Assembly (NCBI GenBank): GCA_036496745.1
Contig: DASXKQ010000250.1
Span: 4,684 to 68,683, forward strand
Source of the DNA: Polyangiaceae bacterium
Lineage (GTDB): Bacteria; Myxococcota_A; Polyangia; Polyangiales; Polyangiaceae
DNA: 64,000 nucleotides
Direction: 5' to 3'
This document shows positions 17,144 through 27,420 of this stretch, piece by piece. Numbering within the stretch: position 1 is the first letter of the stretch; every line of letters starts with the position of its first letter. The notes under the pieces were generated by a model. That model searched no databases, was not told the DNA's origin, and saw only the letters and a program-made list of their open reading frames with translations. Made by a program: the position numbers and the translations under genes.

Positions 17144-18295
17144 TCAGCGGAGCGCGAGTGCGACTTGCTCGCAGATCAGAGCCACATCAGAGCTCGCGAG
17201 CCCGGGATGAAACGGCAGCGTTACGACTCGCTCCGAGTACTGCTCCGTGAGCGGCAGCGACCTCGCTGTCCCGCCGGCAAGGCTCACGTAGTGTGAGAAG
17301 CGATGGATGGGCGGGTAGTGGATACTCGATTGAATCCCGGCGTCGCGCAGTGCCTGCATGAACGCTCGTCGATCGACGCCCGCGGCCAGCACGATCGGCA
17401 GCAAATGGCGTGCGCCCGGCGCGGGCTCGGCGGAAAACGGCAAACCGAGCTTGGGATGCCCCGCGAGTGCCGCGACGTAGTCCGAGAACACGCGGTCACG
17501 CTCGCGATTGTGGCGCTCGAGCTTACCGAGCTGCGCAAGACCGACGGCCGCGGTCAACTCGGGCATGCGGAAATTGTAGCCCAATCCGACCACGTCGTAG
17601 CTGAACGAGTGGCCCTTCATGCGATCCCAGGAGAGCGAAGTCATCCCGTGTGAACGGCGGAGCTTCAGGTCGGCGAACAGATCGGCGTCGTCGGTCGTGA
17701 GCATGCCGCCCTCGCCGGCCGGTAGATTCTTGTTCGCGAAGAAGCTGAAGCAACCGATGTCGCCCAACGTGCCGCACATGCGGCCGTTGACGCGGCTGCC
17801 GACCGAGTGCGCCGCGTCCTCGATCACGCGCAGCGCCTCGGCCCCGCCGAGCGCGCGAATGCCCATGACGTCGCAAGGGTAGCCCGCGTAGTGCATGGGG
17901 ATCACCGCGCGAGTCTTGTCGGTCATCACGGCGCGCACCGTCGCGGGCGTCATCAGCGGCCGCTCTAGCGACTCGATCTCGGCAAAAACGGGCGTAGCGC
18001 CCACGTACAGCACCGCGTTCGCCGTCGCCACGAAGCTCAGCGAGGGCACGATCACTTCGTCACCCGGACCGATGCCAGCGGCCAACATCGCCAGATGCAA
18101 TGCGGCGGTGCAATTGGCCGCCGCCAGCGCGAACCGCGCGCCGATGTACTCTGCGAAGCGCTGCTCGAACTCGCCCGTGCGCGGTCCCTGAGACAGCCAC
18201 TTGGAGCGAATGACCTCGAGCACCGCGCGCTCCTCCGTCTCGTCGAAATCGACGTCGGAGAGCATGTAACGAGGCGTGCTTGGGTTGGCTGTCAT
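17144..18295 (-). CDS. DegT/DnrJ/EryC1/StrS PLP-dependent sugar aminotransferase
   Basis: NCTAALHLA, VPSLSFVATAN, VIEDAAHS, FSFFANKNL..GEGG (PLP lysine), GYNFRM. Confidence 0.95.
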   Translation of the reverse strand: MTANPSTPRYMLSDVDFDETEERAVLEVIRSKWLSQGPRTGEFEQRFAEYIGARFALAAANCTAALHLAMLAAGIGPGDEVIVPSLSFVATANAVLYVGATPVFAEIESLERPLMTPATVRAVMTDKTRAVIPMHYAGYPCDVMGIRALGGAEALRVIEDAAHSVGSRVNGRMCGTLGDIGCFSFFANKNLPAGEGGMLTTDDADLFADLKLRRSHGMTSLSWDRMKGHSFSYDVVGLGYNFRMPELTAAVGLAQLGKLERHNRERDRVFSDYVAALAGHPKLGLPFSAEPAPGARHLLPIVLAAGVDRRAFMQALRDAGIQSSIHYPPIHRFSHYVSLAGGTARSLPLTEQYSERVVTLPFHPGLASSDVALICEQVALALR

Positions 18296-18358
18296 GGCAA
18301 ATGATCCCTGGGTTTCTGTCGAGTACGGCGGGCACTCACACGCAAGGCGTGAATTCGC

Positions 18359-19321
18359 TCAGCGCCGTTCGGTCGGCGGCTTGAGCAGCCGCGCGCGCTC
18401 GTAGCGCTGCAGCTCCTCCAACATCCGGCGATTGACGCTCAGCAGATCACCCAAAATGGCAAGTAGCGCGATCAAGAAACCTGCGATGAGCAGCACCGCC
18501 GTCAGGATCAGCGACTGCACGTGGCCGCTGCCTCGACCCTCGGCGTAATAGGCGAGAAAGCGCGCCGCGATTGTCACGCCGCACAAGAGCGGTACGAGGC
18601 TCACGCTCAAGAAAAAGCGCAACGGTTTGTAGACCACGAAAATCCGAAAAATGGTGAAGATCGAGCGGCGCACGTAGCTGGAAATGCTCTTCACCAAGCG
18701 CGACGGGCGGAGCTCGCCGTTCACGCGGATCGGCACGGATAAAATATTCATGTTCCGCTGTCCGGCCTGGATAATCGTCTCCAGTGTGTAGCTGTAGCGG
18801 CTGAACACGTTGAGCGTCAGGGCCACCTCACGCGACATGGCCCGGAATCCGCTCGGCGCGTCTCGCACGTCCGTGCCGCTCACCAGGCGTACGACCCGAC
18901 TGCCGAGGCGCTGCAGCAGCTTTTTGATCAAGGAAAAGTGCTCGATGCTCTCGATCGGGCGTTCGCCAATCACGAATTCCGCACGGCCGTCGAGGATCGG
19001 CCGCACGAGCTTCTCGATGTCCTGACCGTTGTACTGATTGTCGGCGTCCGTGTTGACGATGATGTCCGCGCCGCGCTCGAGGCAAGCATGAATGCCGAGC
19101 ATGAACGCCTGCGCCAAGCCGCGGTTGTGCGTAAAGCCGACGACGTGGTGCACGCCGTTCTCGCGAGCCACGCGCACGGTGTCGTCGCTGCTCCCGTCGT
19201 TGATCACGAGCAGCTCGAGCTCGTCGATCCCGGCAATCTGCTTTGGCAAATCAGCGAGCGCAATCGCAAGCGTTTGCGCCTCGTTGAAGCACGGTATTTG
19301 GATGATGAGCTTCATGCTCAA
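18359..19321 (-). CDS. GT2 glycosyltransferase (polyprenyl-phosphate glycosyltransferase type)
   Basis: IQIPCFNEA, INDGSSD, VNTDADNQY, DAPSGFRA; two C-terminal TMs. Confidence 0.92.
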   Translation of the reverse strand: MSMKLIIQIPCFNEAQTLAIALADLPKQIAGIDELELLVINDGSSDDTVRVARENGVHHVVGFTHNRGLAQAFMLGIHACLERGADIIVNTDADNQYNGQDIEKLVRPILDGRAEFVIGERPIESIEHFSLIKKLLQRLGSRVVRLVSGTDVRDAPSGFRAMSREVALTLNVFSRYSYTLETIIQAGQRNMNILSVPIRVNGELRPSRLVKSISSYVRRSIFTIFRIFVVYKPLRFFLSVSLVPLLCGVTIAARFLAYYAEGRGSGHVQSLILTAVLLIAGFLIALLAILGDLLSVNRRMLEELQRYERARLLKPPTERR

Positions 19322-20025
19322 TCCGGCAAAATACGCTCACGCAGAGCTTGAAACGTGTTCTGCGCGTCTTCGTAGTCGCTCGGGCGACCGATATCGAGCC
19401 AAATTCCCTCGAAAGGCACGGCGCGCACCGGCTCGCCTTGCGCGAGCAGAACCTTGATCAGCATCGGGAAATCAAAATATTGCTGATCCGGGATGTGCTG
19501 CAGGACGGTCTTGTTGAGCGCGTACACGCCCATGCTCACGTCGTACGAGTACGTGGGTTTTTCGATGTAGTCCGTCACTTTGCCGCTCGGCTCCGAGACG
19601 AGCACCCCCAAATCCACGTTGACCTTCTTTTTGAAGGCGGAGATCGACACGCGCGCGCCGCTCGCTACGTGCTCTCGAAAGAAGTTCGCGTAGTCGAGGT
19701 CCGTGAGCACGTCTCCGTTCATGAGCAAAAAATTCTCGGGCAAGGACTCGACTAGTTTGAGGGGGCCGATCGTGCCGAGCGGCTTGTCCTCCCGCACGTA
19801 GCGCACGGGCAGACCGAGACGCTGCCCGTCACCCAAGAAGGCGATCATGAGTTCTGCCAGGTGACCGACCGAGACCGTTGCCTCCGTCACGCCCGCGCGA
19901 GCCAGCTGTTTGAGCACGATCTCGATGATGGGCTTGTCGCCGATCGGAACCAATGGCTTCGGAAACGTGACGGTATACGGGTAGAGCCGCGTGCCCTTGC
20001 CGCCTGCCAAGATGATCGCTTTCAT
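19318..20025 (-). CDS. Sugar-1-phosphate nucleotidyltransferase
   Basis: MKAIILAGGKGTRLYPYTVTFPKPL, PLGTIG, LMNGDVLTD, WLDIGRP. Confidence 0.95.
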   Translation of the reverse strand: MKAIILAGGKGTRLYPYTVTFPKPLVPIGDKPIIEIVLKQLARAGVTEATVSVGHLAELMIAFLGDGQRLGLPVRYVREDKPLGTIGPLKLVESLPENFLLMNGDVLTDLDYANFFREHVASGARVSISAFKKKVNVDLGVLVSEPSGKVTDYIEKPTYSYDVSMGVYALNKTVLQHIPDQQYFDFPMLIKVLLAQGEPVRAVPFEGIWLDIGRPSDYEDAQNTFQALRERILPD

Positions 20026-20093
20026 GAACCGAACACCACCGACATTCGGCAATCCCTCGCGCAAGGTTAGCGCAGGGTCAAGCCAAAACCCAT

Positions 20094-21038
20094 CTAATCA
20101 GCGGCGCCACGCAGCTCGCGCGCCAAAAGCAAGCCGAGCGCACCGAGAACCGCCTCGCATGCCATGTAGATAACCCGCGTGAGCAGCGGCAAAACGAGCG
20201 CTGCCTCTCTGCCCACGATCGTATCGAGCATGAAGAGTATCGCGCCCTCGCGCACCCCGATGCCACCGGGCACGATGAAGGCCAGAAGTGCAATGGTCCA
20301 GCCGGCGCCCATCGAGCTACCGACGAGCAGCATATCGGTCACGGAGCCCCCGTTAGCGAACGCCAGCCAGGCAGCAACGCCGCCCACGCCGGCCAACGTC
20401 CAATTGAACAGGTAGATCGCGACCAAGCCTAACATTTGCCTAACGGACGGCAGCCGCCAGCTCGCCGGCATGGGTCGGCGCAGAATGCGCATCGTCCCTT
20501 TTAGAACACGCGGCCACCATTGGTAGCTCGCTAGGCCCGTACACGCCACGACCAGCGGAATCAGCGCCAGGGCCTCGGTCGTATGGTCCGCGCGCTCGAA
20601 ACCATAGAGCCCGAGAAACAGCGCGCCCGTCAAAAAACCGGTGTTGATGGCGACCGCCACGCACACGAGGTTCGCCTGAATCAGCGACTCCGCCTCCAGG
20701 CCGTTGCGCGTGGCGCGCTCGATTTGGGACACCAACGCCCAGACTCGGCCCGGCAAGTACTTCAGGAGCGAGCTCACATTGTAAAGCGCGACGGCGCGGG
20801 GCAGCGTGAGCAAATGCGGACGCGCGGCGGTCGCGCGGTACGCGCGTTGAATCGAGACCGTATCCAAGAAGAAGGCCGACAGGTTGACGACGAACGATAC
20901 GGCCAACCAACCCAAACGCAGATGCAGCGAAGCGCGCGAAATTTCGCGCCACTCGCCGAGGCCGGCACGCACGAAAATGACGATAGCCGCGACGATGGCT
21001 GCAGCGCTGGCTAGCGCGCGCAGGCGTGACCAACGCAT
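20094..21038 (-). CDS. UPF0104/LPG-synthase-TM flippase-like membrane protein (1)
   Basis: LLKYLPGRVW and FIVPGGIGVREG; about 8 TMs. Confidence 0.85.
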   Translation of the reverse strand: MRWSRLRALASAAAIVAAIVIFVRAGLGEWREISRASLHLRLGWLAVSFVVNLSAFFLDTVSIQRAYRATAARPHLLTLPRAVALYNVSSLLKYLPGRVWALVSQIERATRNGLEAESLIQANLVCVAVAINTGFLTGALFLGLYGFERADHTTEALALIPLVVACTGLASYQWWPRVLKGTMRILRRPMPASWRLPSVRQMLGLVAIYLFNWTLAGVGGVAAWLAFANGGSVTDMLLVGSSMGAGWTIALLAFIVPGGIGVREGAILFMLDTIVGREAALVLPLLTRVIYMACEAVLGALGLLLARELRGAAD

Positions 21039-21046
21039 GGGTATCG

Positions 21047-22003
21047 TCAGCCCCCGCCGGACAGCACGAGCTTCAGGCCGAGTTGCGCCAGGGGATTACC
21101 GACGAAATAAATGCCGTACGTGTGTTCTTTGGCACCGAAGGATTCTTTGAACTTCTTGACGCCCGCGAGCTTGCCACTCGAACCAAAATTGACGCATTTC
21201 ACGCCGCTCTCGATGGAGTGTTTGATCAAGTCCGCGTGCAACAGGTCGTTGCTGCGTGTGTTCGAGAGCGCCTTGTCCATCCCTCCGAACCAGCCAAAGT
21301 AGTAGTTTCGAAAACGCAGCATGATCAGCGCGGCCGCCGGACGATCCTTGTCGTAGGCGACTCGACACTCCAGAAAGGGCCGCTCGGCGTAGCGTAGGAA
21401 AAAATCGAGGTCGTAGCGCGGCGTGTCGCGTCCCCAGCGCACGTTCGACAGCGCGTACAGCCGATAGAAGTCCCGCACCAATTCCGGCGAACGCCCGACG
21501 CGAATCTCGATCTTGTTCTGCTGCGCGCGCTTGATGTTCTTGCGCATCTTGTGCTCGAAGCTCTTGGCGAGAACGTCCGCCCAGACCCGTCCTTCGGTAT
21601 CGACGATGTGCGCGTAAGAAGCCGACACCGGCGCGGCGGGCAGCCCGTCCAACACCCCTTGAGAAAATGGGTTTTGGAATACGATGCCCATCCCCAGATG
21701 CTTCCTGACCGCCTGCATGATCGCGCCGTAACTTGGAGCGTCCATGCCCTGCGCGGGCAGCACGCCGCCGTAGAGCCCGAACGGCAAGCTCAGCGCCACT
21801 GGATAAACCTTGAACACTCTGCGCGCGAGCAGCGGCACCACGTACCGACCGCGCTCGCTCTCCACGTGCACGGACACATTGCGGAACTTGAGCACCGCAG
21901 CTGAGGTCTCCACGAAATCCCAATCGAGTTCGCTGAAATCGCGCTGCGCCAAAATCTCGTTGAAATCGGCCTCGGTCGCCGTTCGCACTTTGAGCACGAC
22001 CAC
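21047..22003 (-). CDS. GNAT/FemAB-like (Acetyltransf_6) acyl or aminoacyl transferase
   Basis: SLPFGLYGG, HKMRKNIKRA, NDLLHADLIK..FGSS..GVKKFKESFGA. Confidence 0.85.
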   Translation of the reverse strand: MVVLKVRTATEADFNEILAQRDFSELDWDFVETSAAVLKFRNVSVHVESERGRYVVPLLARRVFKVYPVALSLPFGLYGGVLPAQGMDAPSYGAIMQAVRKHLGMGIVFQNPFSQGVLDGLPAAPVSASYAHIVDTEGRVWADVLAKSFEHKMRKNIKRAQQNKIEIRVGRSPELVRDFYRLYALSNVRWGRDTPRYDLDFFLRYAERPFLECRVAYDKDRPAAALIMLRFRNYYFGWFGGMDKALSNTRSNDLLHADLIKHSIESGVKCVNFGSSGKLAGVKKFKESFGAKEHTYGIYFVGNPLAQLGLKLVLSGGG

Positions 22004-22836
22004 TACCGCCCCTTCACGATCATGAGCCCCTGATCGAGCCAGCGCTGTGACGGCAAGCGCAGCCCTCCGGTCGCTCGGTACCAGGCGTCGTCCAGGGCGA
22101 CGAACGACGGGACGAGCTTGCGTAACCCGGCAATCGGCAACCGGCCGAGAAGGGCCAGCCCCCGATAGAATGGACCGTGCATGACGAAGCCGTCGGTTTT
22201 GCGAAGCCAGGCCGGGCCACTCCTGGAACCGAACGCCTCACTGAGCGCCGAGGCAGGACGGTGGCGCTTGTAAATCTCACCGCTGGGTAACGCCTCGTCG
22301 ATTTGCTCTTCAGAAACCTGTTCGATCAAGATGATCTTTCCGCCCGGCCTCGAGACGCGATCGAGCTCGCGGGCCGTCCGCGCGAGGCTTTGTTCGTCGA
22401 CGATATGTTGAATCACCCAAATCGCGATCACACAATCGAACGTGCCGTCATCGAACGGCAGCCTATCGCCATCATAGTGGGCAAAAAGCCGCGCAGGGCG
22501 CTCGCCTGTGTGCCGTTTTGCGCCATCAATCATCTTTTGCGAGCGGTCGACGCCGAAGTATTGCAGGCGGTCGAAAAGACTCCAGCAAGCCAGCCGCCCG
22601 ACGCCGCAACCGAAGTCGAGCACTTTGGCGCCCGGAGCGAGCGCCGTGAGCTCCGCTGCGAGCAAACGCTGGTCGATTAGATCGACATACGCGGCCTTGA
22701 GTCCGCTGCGATCCCCAGGCGAGATCACGCTGTTGAAATTCACGTCCGCAGTGGCGCGCTCGTCCCACATGCTGGTGACGGCCTCGGAGCGGCGCAAGAG
22801 ACCTCGCAGCCGGCCGATCACCGTGGCCTCGACCAT
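22003..22836 (-). CDS. Class I SAM-dependent methyltransferase
   Basis: VLDFGCGVG, FGVDRSQKM, LPFDDGTFD..VIQHI, RVSRPGG. Confidence 0.9.
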   Translation of the reverse strand: MVEATVIGRLRGLLRRSEAVTSMWDERATADVNFNSVISPGDRSGLKAAYVDLIDQRLLAAELTALAPGAKVLDFGCGVGRLACWSLFDRLQYFGVDRSQKMIDGAKRHTGERPARLFAHYDGDRLPFDDGTFDCVIAIWVIQHIVDEQSLARTARELDRVSRPGGKIILIEQVSEEQIDEALPSGEIYKRHRPASALSEAFGSRSGPAWLRKTDGFVMHGPFYRGLALLGRLPIAGLRKLVPSFVALDDAWYRATGGLRLPSQRWLDQGLMIVKGR

Positions 22837-23837
22837 CCCGCGGGGAAGCTCGAGCGCGCCCGAGCCGGGCGCTGTTCGAATTCACGCTCGCGAAATAGCG
22901 CGAAGCGCTCTCGCTCGCTGTCGTGGAAAAGCAGCAGATCGAAATACCGCCGCCGCTCGAGCGCAAACGCGACGAGCTCGTCGATGCGCCGCACGTCGTC
23001 GGTCCTCAATGCAGCGACCTCATCCCCGAGCGAGCTGTAGATCAGGGAGTCGAGGTAGCCGAGCCGCGCCAGGAACGGAAAAATGCTGGCCGGGTCCTCA
23101 CCGACGGCGCGCAAATGCCGGGGCGAAAACTCGAAAAAAAGCGCGGGGCGAGCGTTTGCGAGCAAGTTCGAGGCGCCGCGCAGGACCTTGAAGTCGTAGC
23201 CGTCGGTGTCGCATTTGAGTAGCCCGACGTCCTTGAACGCCGGGTGCTTGGCGGCGACCAAGGCGTCCAACGTCCAAACCGGCACGCGATCGGACTCGCT
23301 TCCGCCTTCGGCGATGAACGACGTGCCCGAGTTTCCGGCATTGGGGCGGAGCTCTACCGGCGCGGGCGTCCCATCACCCGTGTCACTTAGTAGGCACTTC
23401 TCCCAAACGATCGTGGAGCCGCCGTCGCGCGTGATGGTCACCGCGTTCTCGCGCAGGAAAGGCAGAAATCGCTCGTCCGCTTCAATCGCGAGAAAGTCGG
23501 CGGGCACTTCATCGTTCAGTAGCGCGATCGAGTCCCCGATGTTGGCCCCGACATCGATTGTCTTGAGCCGCGCAGCCTGTCCCAGAAAGGCGCCGAGACG
23601 GGGCAGCGCCGTGTCGTACGACGGGTACATTCCGCGATACAGCGGGAGATTGTGGGAAAACGGCATCCGCAACCTCTGTTTGCCGAGCGGGACCGTCACC
23701 GGCGGGTCGGAAAAAATGGAGACCGCGCGTTTGAGGCGCGGCGAGAGGAGACCGATGCCGCGGCCGAGCGCGCGCGACGCCCTGCTCTCGCTCTGGAGGC
23801 AGCGTAGCGTCAGCGCATAGAAGGCTTGGCCGAACAT
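22818..23837 (-). CDS. FkbM family methyltransferase
   Basis: IDVGANIGD, VWTLD, LLKCDTDGYDFKVLRG, LFFEF. Confidence 0.9.
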   Translation of the reverse strand: MFGQAFYALTLRCLQSESRASRALGRGIGLLSPRLKRAVSIFSDPPVTVPLGKQRLRMPFSHNLPLYRGMYPSYDTALPRLGAFLGQAARLKTIDVGANIGDSIALLNDEVPADFLAIEADERFLPFLRENAVTITRDGGSTIVWEKCLLSDTGDGTPAPVELRPNAGNSGTSFIAEGGSESDRVPVWTLDALVAAKHPAFKDVGLLKCDTDGYDFKVLRGASNLLANARPALFFEFSPRHLRAVGEDPASIFPFLARLGYLDSLIYSSLGDEVAALRTDDVRRIDELVAFALERRRYFDLLLFHDSERERFALFREREFEQRPARARSSFPAGWSRPR

Positions 23838-23971
23838 CTCAACGTGACCGGACTACCTTCATCGAAAGTTTCCGTGTTCGAGCATAGTCGACCGCGCGTC
23901 GCAAGCACCTTTCGCTCGACCGGGCGTCTAGCATTTGCGCCCGTGCCAATCGGCGGTAAAGAGGGAACCTC

Positions 23972-25618
23972 ATGCAGGATTTAGGTGGTATTTCGGGGTC
24001 CTCGGTGGCAGCGCCGAGCCCCGGACATGCCGCGCAACGCGCGTCCCCGACCTCCTCCAGCTTTCTGCGAGCGGATGTTCAGGATCTCTTTTTGTTGCTG
24101 GCCATGGTCAGCCTGTGTTGGGTTCGCCGCGTCGCCACACTGCAGCCGGTAAATCCCGGCGGAGACGTCGTCGAGAAGTGGGAGTTCGTTCGGCAGTGGT
24201 TCTATGGGAACCATTTTGCGCACGGCGAGTGGTCGCACCACATGACGCGTTGGGGCGTCAACGTCCTCGCTTACCTGGACCAGGCGCTATTCGGGCACGG
24301 GCTCAGGGCCTACTACATCGTGCCGATCGGCGCGTGCCTGGTGCAAGTCGCGTTCGTCTTCGGTTGCGCGTTGCGGCTCTCTGGGCGCACGGCAGCGGTG
24401 ATCGCCGCCACGATGCTGATCTACGCGCCCATGATGGCAACCGCCGGCTCTCAGCTATTGCCGGACCTGTTCACCGGCACGTATGGGATCATCGCGCTCT
24501 ATCTGTTGCTCTGTTACGCCGACGCAAAACCACCCGCGCGCACGCGCTGGCTGATCGCCTCGGCGGTCGTTTGCTTCTTGGGGTACCTGGCCAAAGAGAC
24601 GATGGTCTTCTTTTTTCCGGGTTTCTTGCTGGCGATCTGGCTGCTCGGGCGGAGGCTGCCGGATCTCGCCGTGTTCGGCATCGTGCTGGCGGCAGGGCTC
24701 GTGCTCGAATGCCTCGCATACCGCTTGTTCACGGACTACCCGAGCCGCCTGGCCATCGTGCGCCTCAGTCACGGTGGCGACGGAGTTCCGACCACGACCT
24801 TTCTCGAACTCTTCGAACGCTACGACAACCTGGACGCGGGTTGGGTGCGCGCATTCTACTTCTTCATCGCGGCGTTCTGCGGCGTGTTCGCCTTCCGCCG
24901 AGACTCGGCTTCTCGCGCCGTACTCGCGGTGGTTGGAAGTTTTCTGTTTTTTCTCACGTTCCTCGTGCGCGGCTGGAATCCGATGCTCCTCTGGCACCGC
25001 TTCCAACCGCGCTACTTCGATCCGTGCGCCCCATTCGTCGAGCTCATAAACGGCCTATTTTTGGCGATGACTCTCCAGCAAGTGCTCGCTCAGTTGAGTC
25101 CCGGTTCGTTGCTGGCCCGGCTGGCGGGGCAGCAACGACTCGGCCTCGGTCTGGTCCTAACCTTGGCGAGCATATTCGGCGTCCTGGAGTACTCGTCATT
25201 CCGCAGGGACTATGCGGGCCACCCCTTCAAGCTGGGGCCCGCGATGGCGGGGCTCGCCAACAATACCTATCGTCGTAACCTTCCGCTCTATTCACGCCAA
25301 CCGGCAACCGGCGGCGGCAGCAAGGAATACTACGACCGCGATCTGCACACGCTCTACGGCGTGTACATGGACGTCAACCTGCTCGTACGTGACGGCCTGC
25401 TCCCGCACTTCGACACGATTAAGCAGGTCTATCGCAGGTACACGTATTTGGTCCGCGACCCCGATGTCTACAGTCCCGCCAAGTTTACCCAATTGATCAG
25501 CAACGGCTGCGGGGTCGAGATCCGGGAGCGGCGCGACAACTTCAGCATGACCCCGATGATGAACCTGCCGGGCTATTGCGACGATCTGCTGGCGCAACAG
25601 CTGCCCGACACGGAGTAA
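23972..25618 (+). CDS. GT-C-fold (GT39/ArnT/PMT-like) polytopic glycosyltransferase (1)
   Basis: About 10 TMs; acidic first loop PGGDVVEKW; SQLLPD; YLAKET; soluble C-terminal domain. Confidence 0.75.
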   Translation: MQDLGGISGSSVAAPSPGHAAQRASPTSSSFLRADVQDLFLLLAMVSLCWVRRVATLQPVNPGGDVVEKWEFVRQWFYGNHFAHGEWSHHMTRWGVNVLAYLDQALFGHGLRAYYIVPIGACLVQVAFVFGCALRLSGRTAAVIAATMLIYAPMMATAGSQLLPDLFTGTYGIIALYLLLCYADAKPPARTRWLIASAVVCFLGYLAKETMVFFFPGFLLAIWLLGRRLPDLAVFGIVLAAGLVLECLAYRLFTDYPSRLAIVRLSHGGDGVPTTTFLELFERYDNLDAGWVRAFYFFIAAFCGVFAFRRDSASRAVLAVVGSFLFFLTFLVRGWNPMLLWHRFQPRYFDPCAPFVELINGLFLAMTLQQVLAQLSPGSLLARLAGQQRLGLGLVLTLASIFGVLEYSSFRRDYAGHPFKLGPAMAGLANNTYRRNLPLYSRQPATGGGSKEYYDRDLHTLYGVYMDVNLLVRDGLLPHFDTIKQVYRRYTYLVRDPDVYSPAKFTQLISNGCGVEIRERRDNFSMTPMMNLPGYCDDLLAQQLPDTE

Positions 25619-25714
25619 CGAGCTTCGCAACATGAACGCCATTGGCGAACACTCCGTGCCTGTCCCCGCCACGCCGCTCGCCACCGGCCCGCAACTCACC
25701 AGTATCCTCGGCCG

Positions 25715-26692
25715 GTGAGCATGCCGCCCAAGAAAAGGACGCGCGTTGTCGTCGCGCTCGTGCGCTCGCTGCTCGTCGTCGTCGCCCTCGGATACGTCGC
25801 CTACATCGTGAGGCGCGACCTGCCACACTTGTTGCCGCGCATCCTGCCGCTCAGCCCGGAGCGCGCCGGCTGGCTGTGCTTGTCAACCATTCTGCTTGCG
25901 ATCTGTCCACTGTTGTCGATCGGCGTATTCCGGGTGCTCGTCCAACGCTACGGGGACCAGCCCGTGCGTTATCGTGATTGTTTGAAGCTCGTGCTGCTCT
26001 CGAACCTATTGCGACACTTGCCTGGCCGCTTCTTCGGCGTCGCTTACCAGGTCACGACACCGCTGCCCGGCGTCAACGCAGCGAACATGCTGCGCGTGAA
26101 CGTCGAGCAGATGCTGATGTCGCTAGCCGGTAACACGATCGCTGCCGGCGGCATCCTGTGGTTCGGTGGTGGTCATCTCGTAGCCGGGGCGCTCCTGTTC
26201 CTAGCCGCCGCCCCCGCCATGGTGCTGATGCTCAACGCGCGCCTGCCTGGTCCCCTGCGAGAATGGCTGCGGGAGAACGGTCCGGAGCGCCTGCGCAAGC
26301 TCGCGATCGACGAGCCGCGGATCGTTCGCCTGCGTTCATTCTGGCTCGCGGCGCTCTTGAACCTGAGCTCATGGGCGCCTTACTTGCTTGCATGGCATTT
26401 GCTCTCGCGCGTGTTTCCCATGCTCGGCGATCAACCGCTCGCGTTGCTCGGAGCGTCCTATTCGATTGGCTGGGCGGCGGGCACGCTCTCGCTGATCACG
26501 CCGAGCGGCCTCGGCGTGCGCGAAGCAGTTTTTTTGCTGGTCAGCCCTGCGCGCGCCACGACCGAAGCGCTCGCGCTAATCACCATCTTTGGTCGTGTCT
26601 GGCAGCTGCTCGGCGACGTTGTCGCCTGGCTTTTGTTCGCCACCTTCTTACCGGCCCTGCTCGTGAAGCCGAACAGGACGGTGAGCAGTTGA
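25715..26692 (+). CDS. UPF0104/LPG-synthase-TM flippase-like membrane protein (2)
   Basis: NLLRHLPGRFFG and LITPSGLGVREA. Confidence 0.85.
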   Translation: MSMPPKKRTRVVVALVRSLLVVVALGYVAYIVRRDLPHLLPRILPLSPERAGWLCLSTILLAICPLLSIGVFRVLVQRYGDQPVRYRDCLKLVLLSNLLRHLPGRFFGVAYQVTTPLPGVNAANMLRVNVEQMLMSLAGNTIAAGGILWFGGGHLVAGALLFLAAAPAMVLMLNARLPGPLREWLRENGPERLRKLAIDEPRIVRLRSFWLAALLNLSSWAPYLLAWHLLSRVFPMLGDQPLALLGASYSIGWAAGTLSLITPSGLGVREAVFLLVSPARATTEALALITIFGRVWQLLGDVVAWLLFATFLPALLVKPNRTVSS

Positions 26693-26705
26693 ACGACGGA
26701 GTCGC

Positions 26706-27410
26706 GTGGCCTGGCTGAGACCGCCAGCGTTCGACGAGCGCGGCTGCAACGTGCTCGATCCAGCCGATCGCTTCGGGATCAAGAGCGATTTCGTGACCCT
26801 GATTCAACACGAAACATTGCGCTCGCACTTACCGCGAGCCGAGCCAGGAGCCGTCGCGGCCGACGTGGGATGCGGCTACGGTCGGCACGCGGGCCTCGTG
26901 CGCTCGCTCGGCTACACGACCATCGGCATCGACCCCGACGCACGCTTCCTCGAGCTCGCACGACACGCCGTGCCCGACGTCGAATTTCGACTCGGAGCTT
27001 TGCCCGACTTGCCGATCGCGTACGAGAGCTGCGATCTGCTTACGATGCTCAGCCTGTGGCGTCCGCTACATCAGCTTGGAGAAACTCGCAAAGCAGTTGG
27101 CGCGGCGCGCTACGTGAAGCCAGGCGGAACGATCGCGATGATCGAGAACATCCGGGCACGCCCGCACCCGCTATTCGTCGAGGAGCGGACCATTCTCGAT
27201 TGGGCGCGCGGCGAGGAACTCGAGCTCACCTTGCGACTGCCATTTCGCCAGGGTCGTCGCCTGTATCTATATTTGATGATGACCGGTCTCTTCCCTCGCA
27301 GCCTGCTGCCCGCGATCGCACGCCGCGAAGCGGCGCAGATGGCCAGAAGGCGCGCCCTCCCGCGCAGCAGCTATTGTAACGTACTCTTCTTGTTCAAAAA
27401 GCCGGGGTGA
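26706..27410 (+). CDS. Class I SAM-dependent methyltransferase
   Basis: ADVGCGYG, IGIDPD, RYVKPGG. Confidence 0.85.
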   Translation: MAWLRPPAFDERGCNVLDPADRFGIKSDFVTLIQHETLRSHLPRAEPGAVAADVGCGYGRHAGLVRSLGYTTIGIDPDARFLELARHAVPDVEFRLGALPDLPIAYESCDLLTMLSLWRPLHQLGETRKAVGAARYVKPGGTIAMIENIRARPHPLFVEERTILDWARGEELELTLRLPFRQGRRLYLYLMMTGLFPRSLLPAIARREAAQMARRRALPRSSYCNVLFLFKKPG

Positions 27411-27420
27411 TCATGCCGTC

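Noticed and set aside
23952-23959. ops/JUMPStart element (GGCGGTAA) before the first GT-C
   Set aside because: It mismatches GGCGGTAG, lacks the rest of JUMPStart, and is likely by chance in GC-rich DNA.
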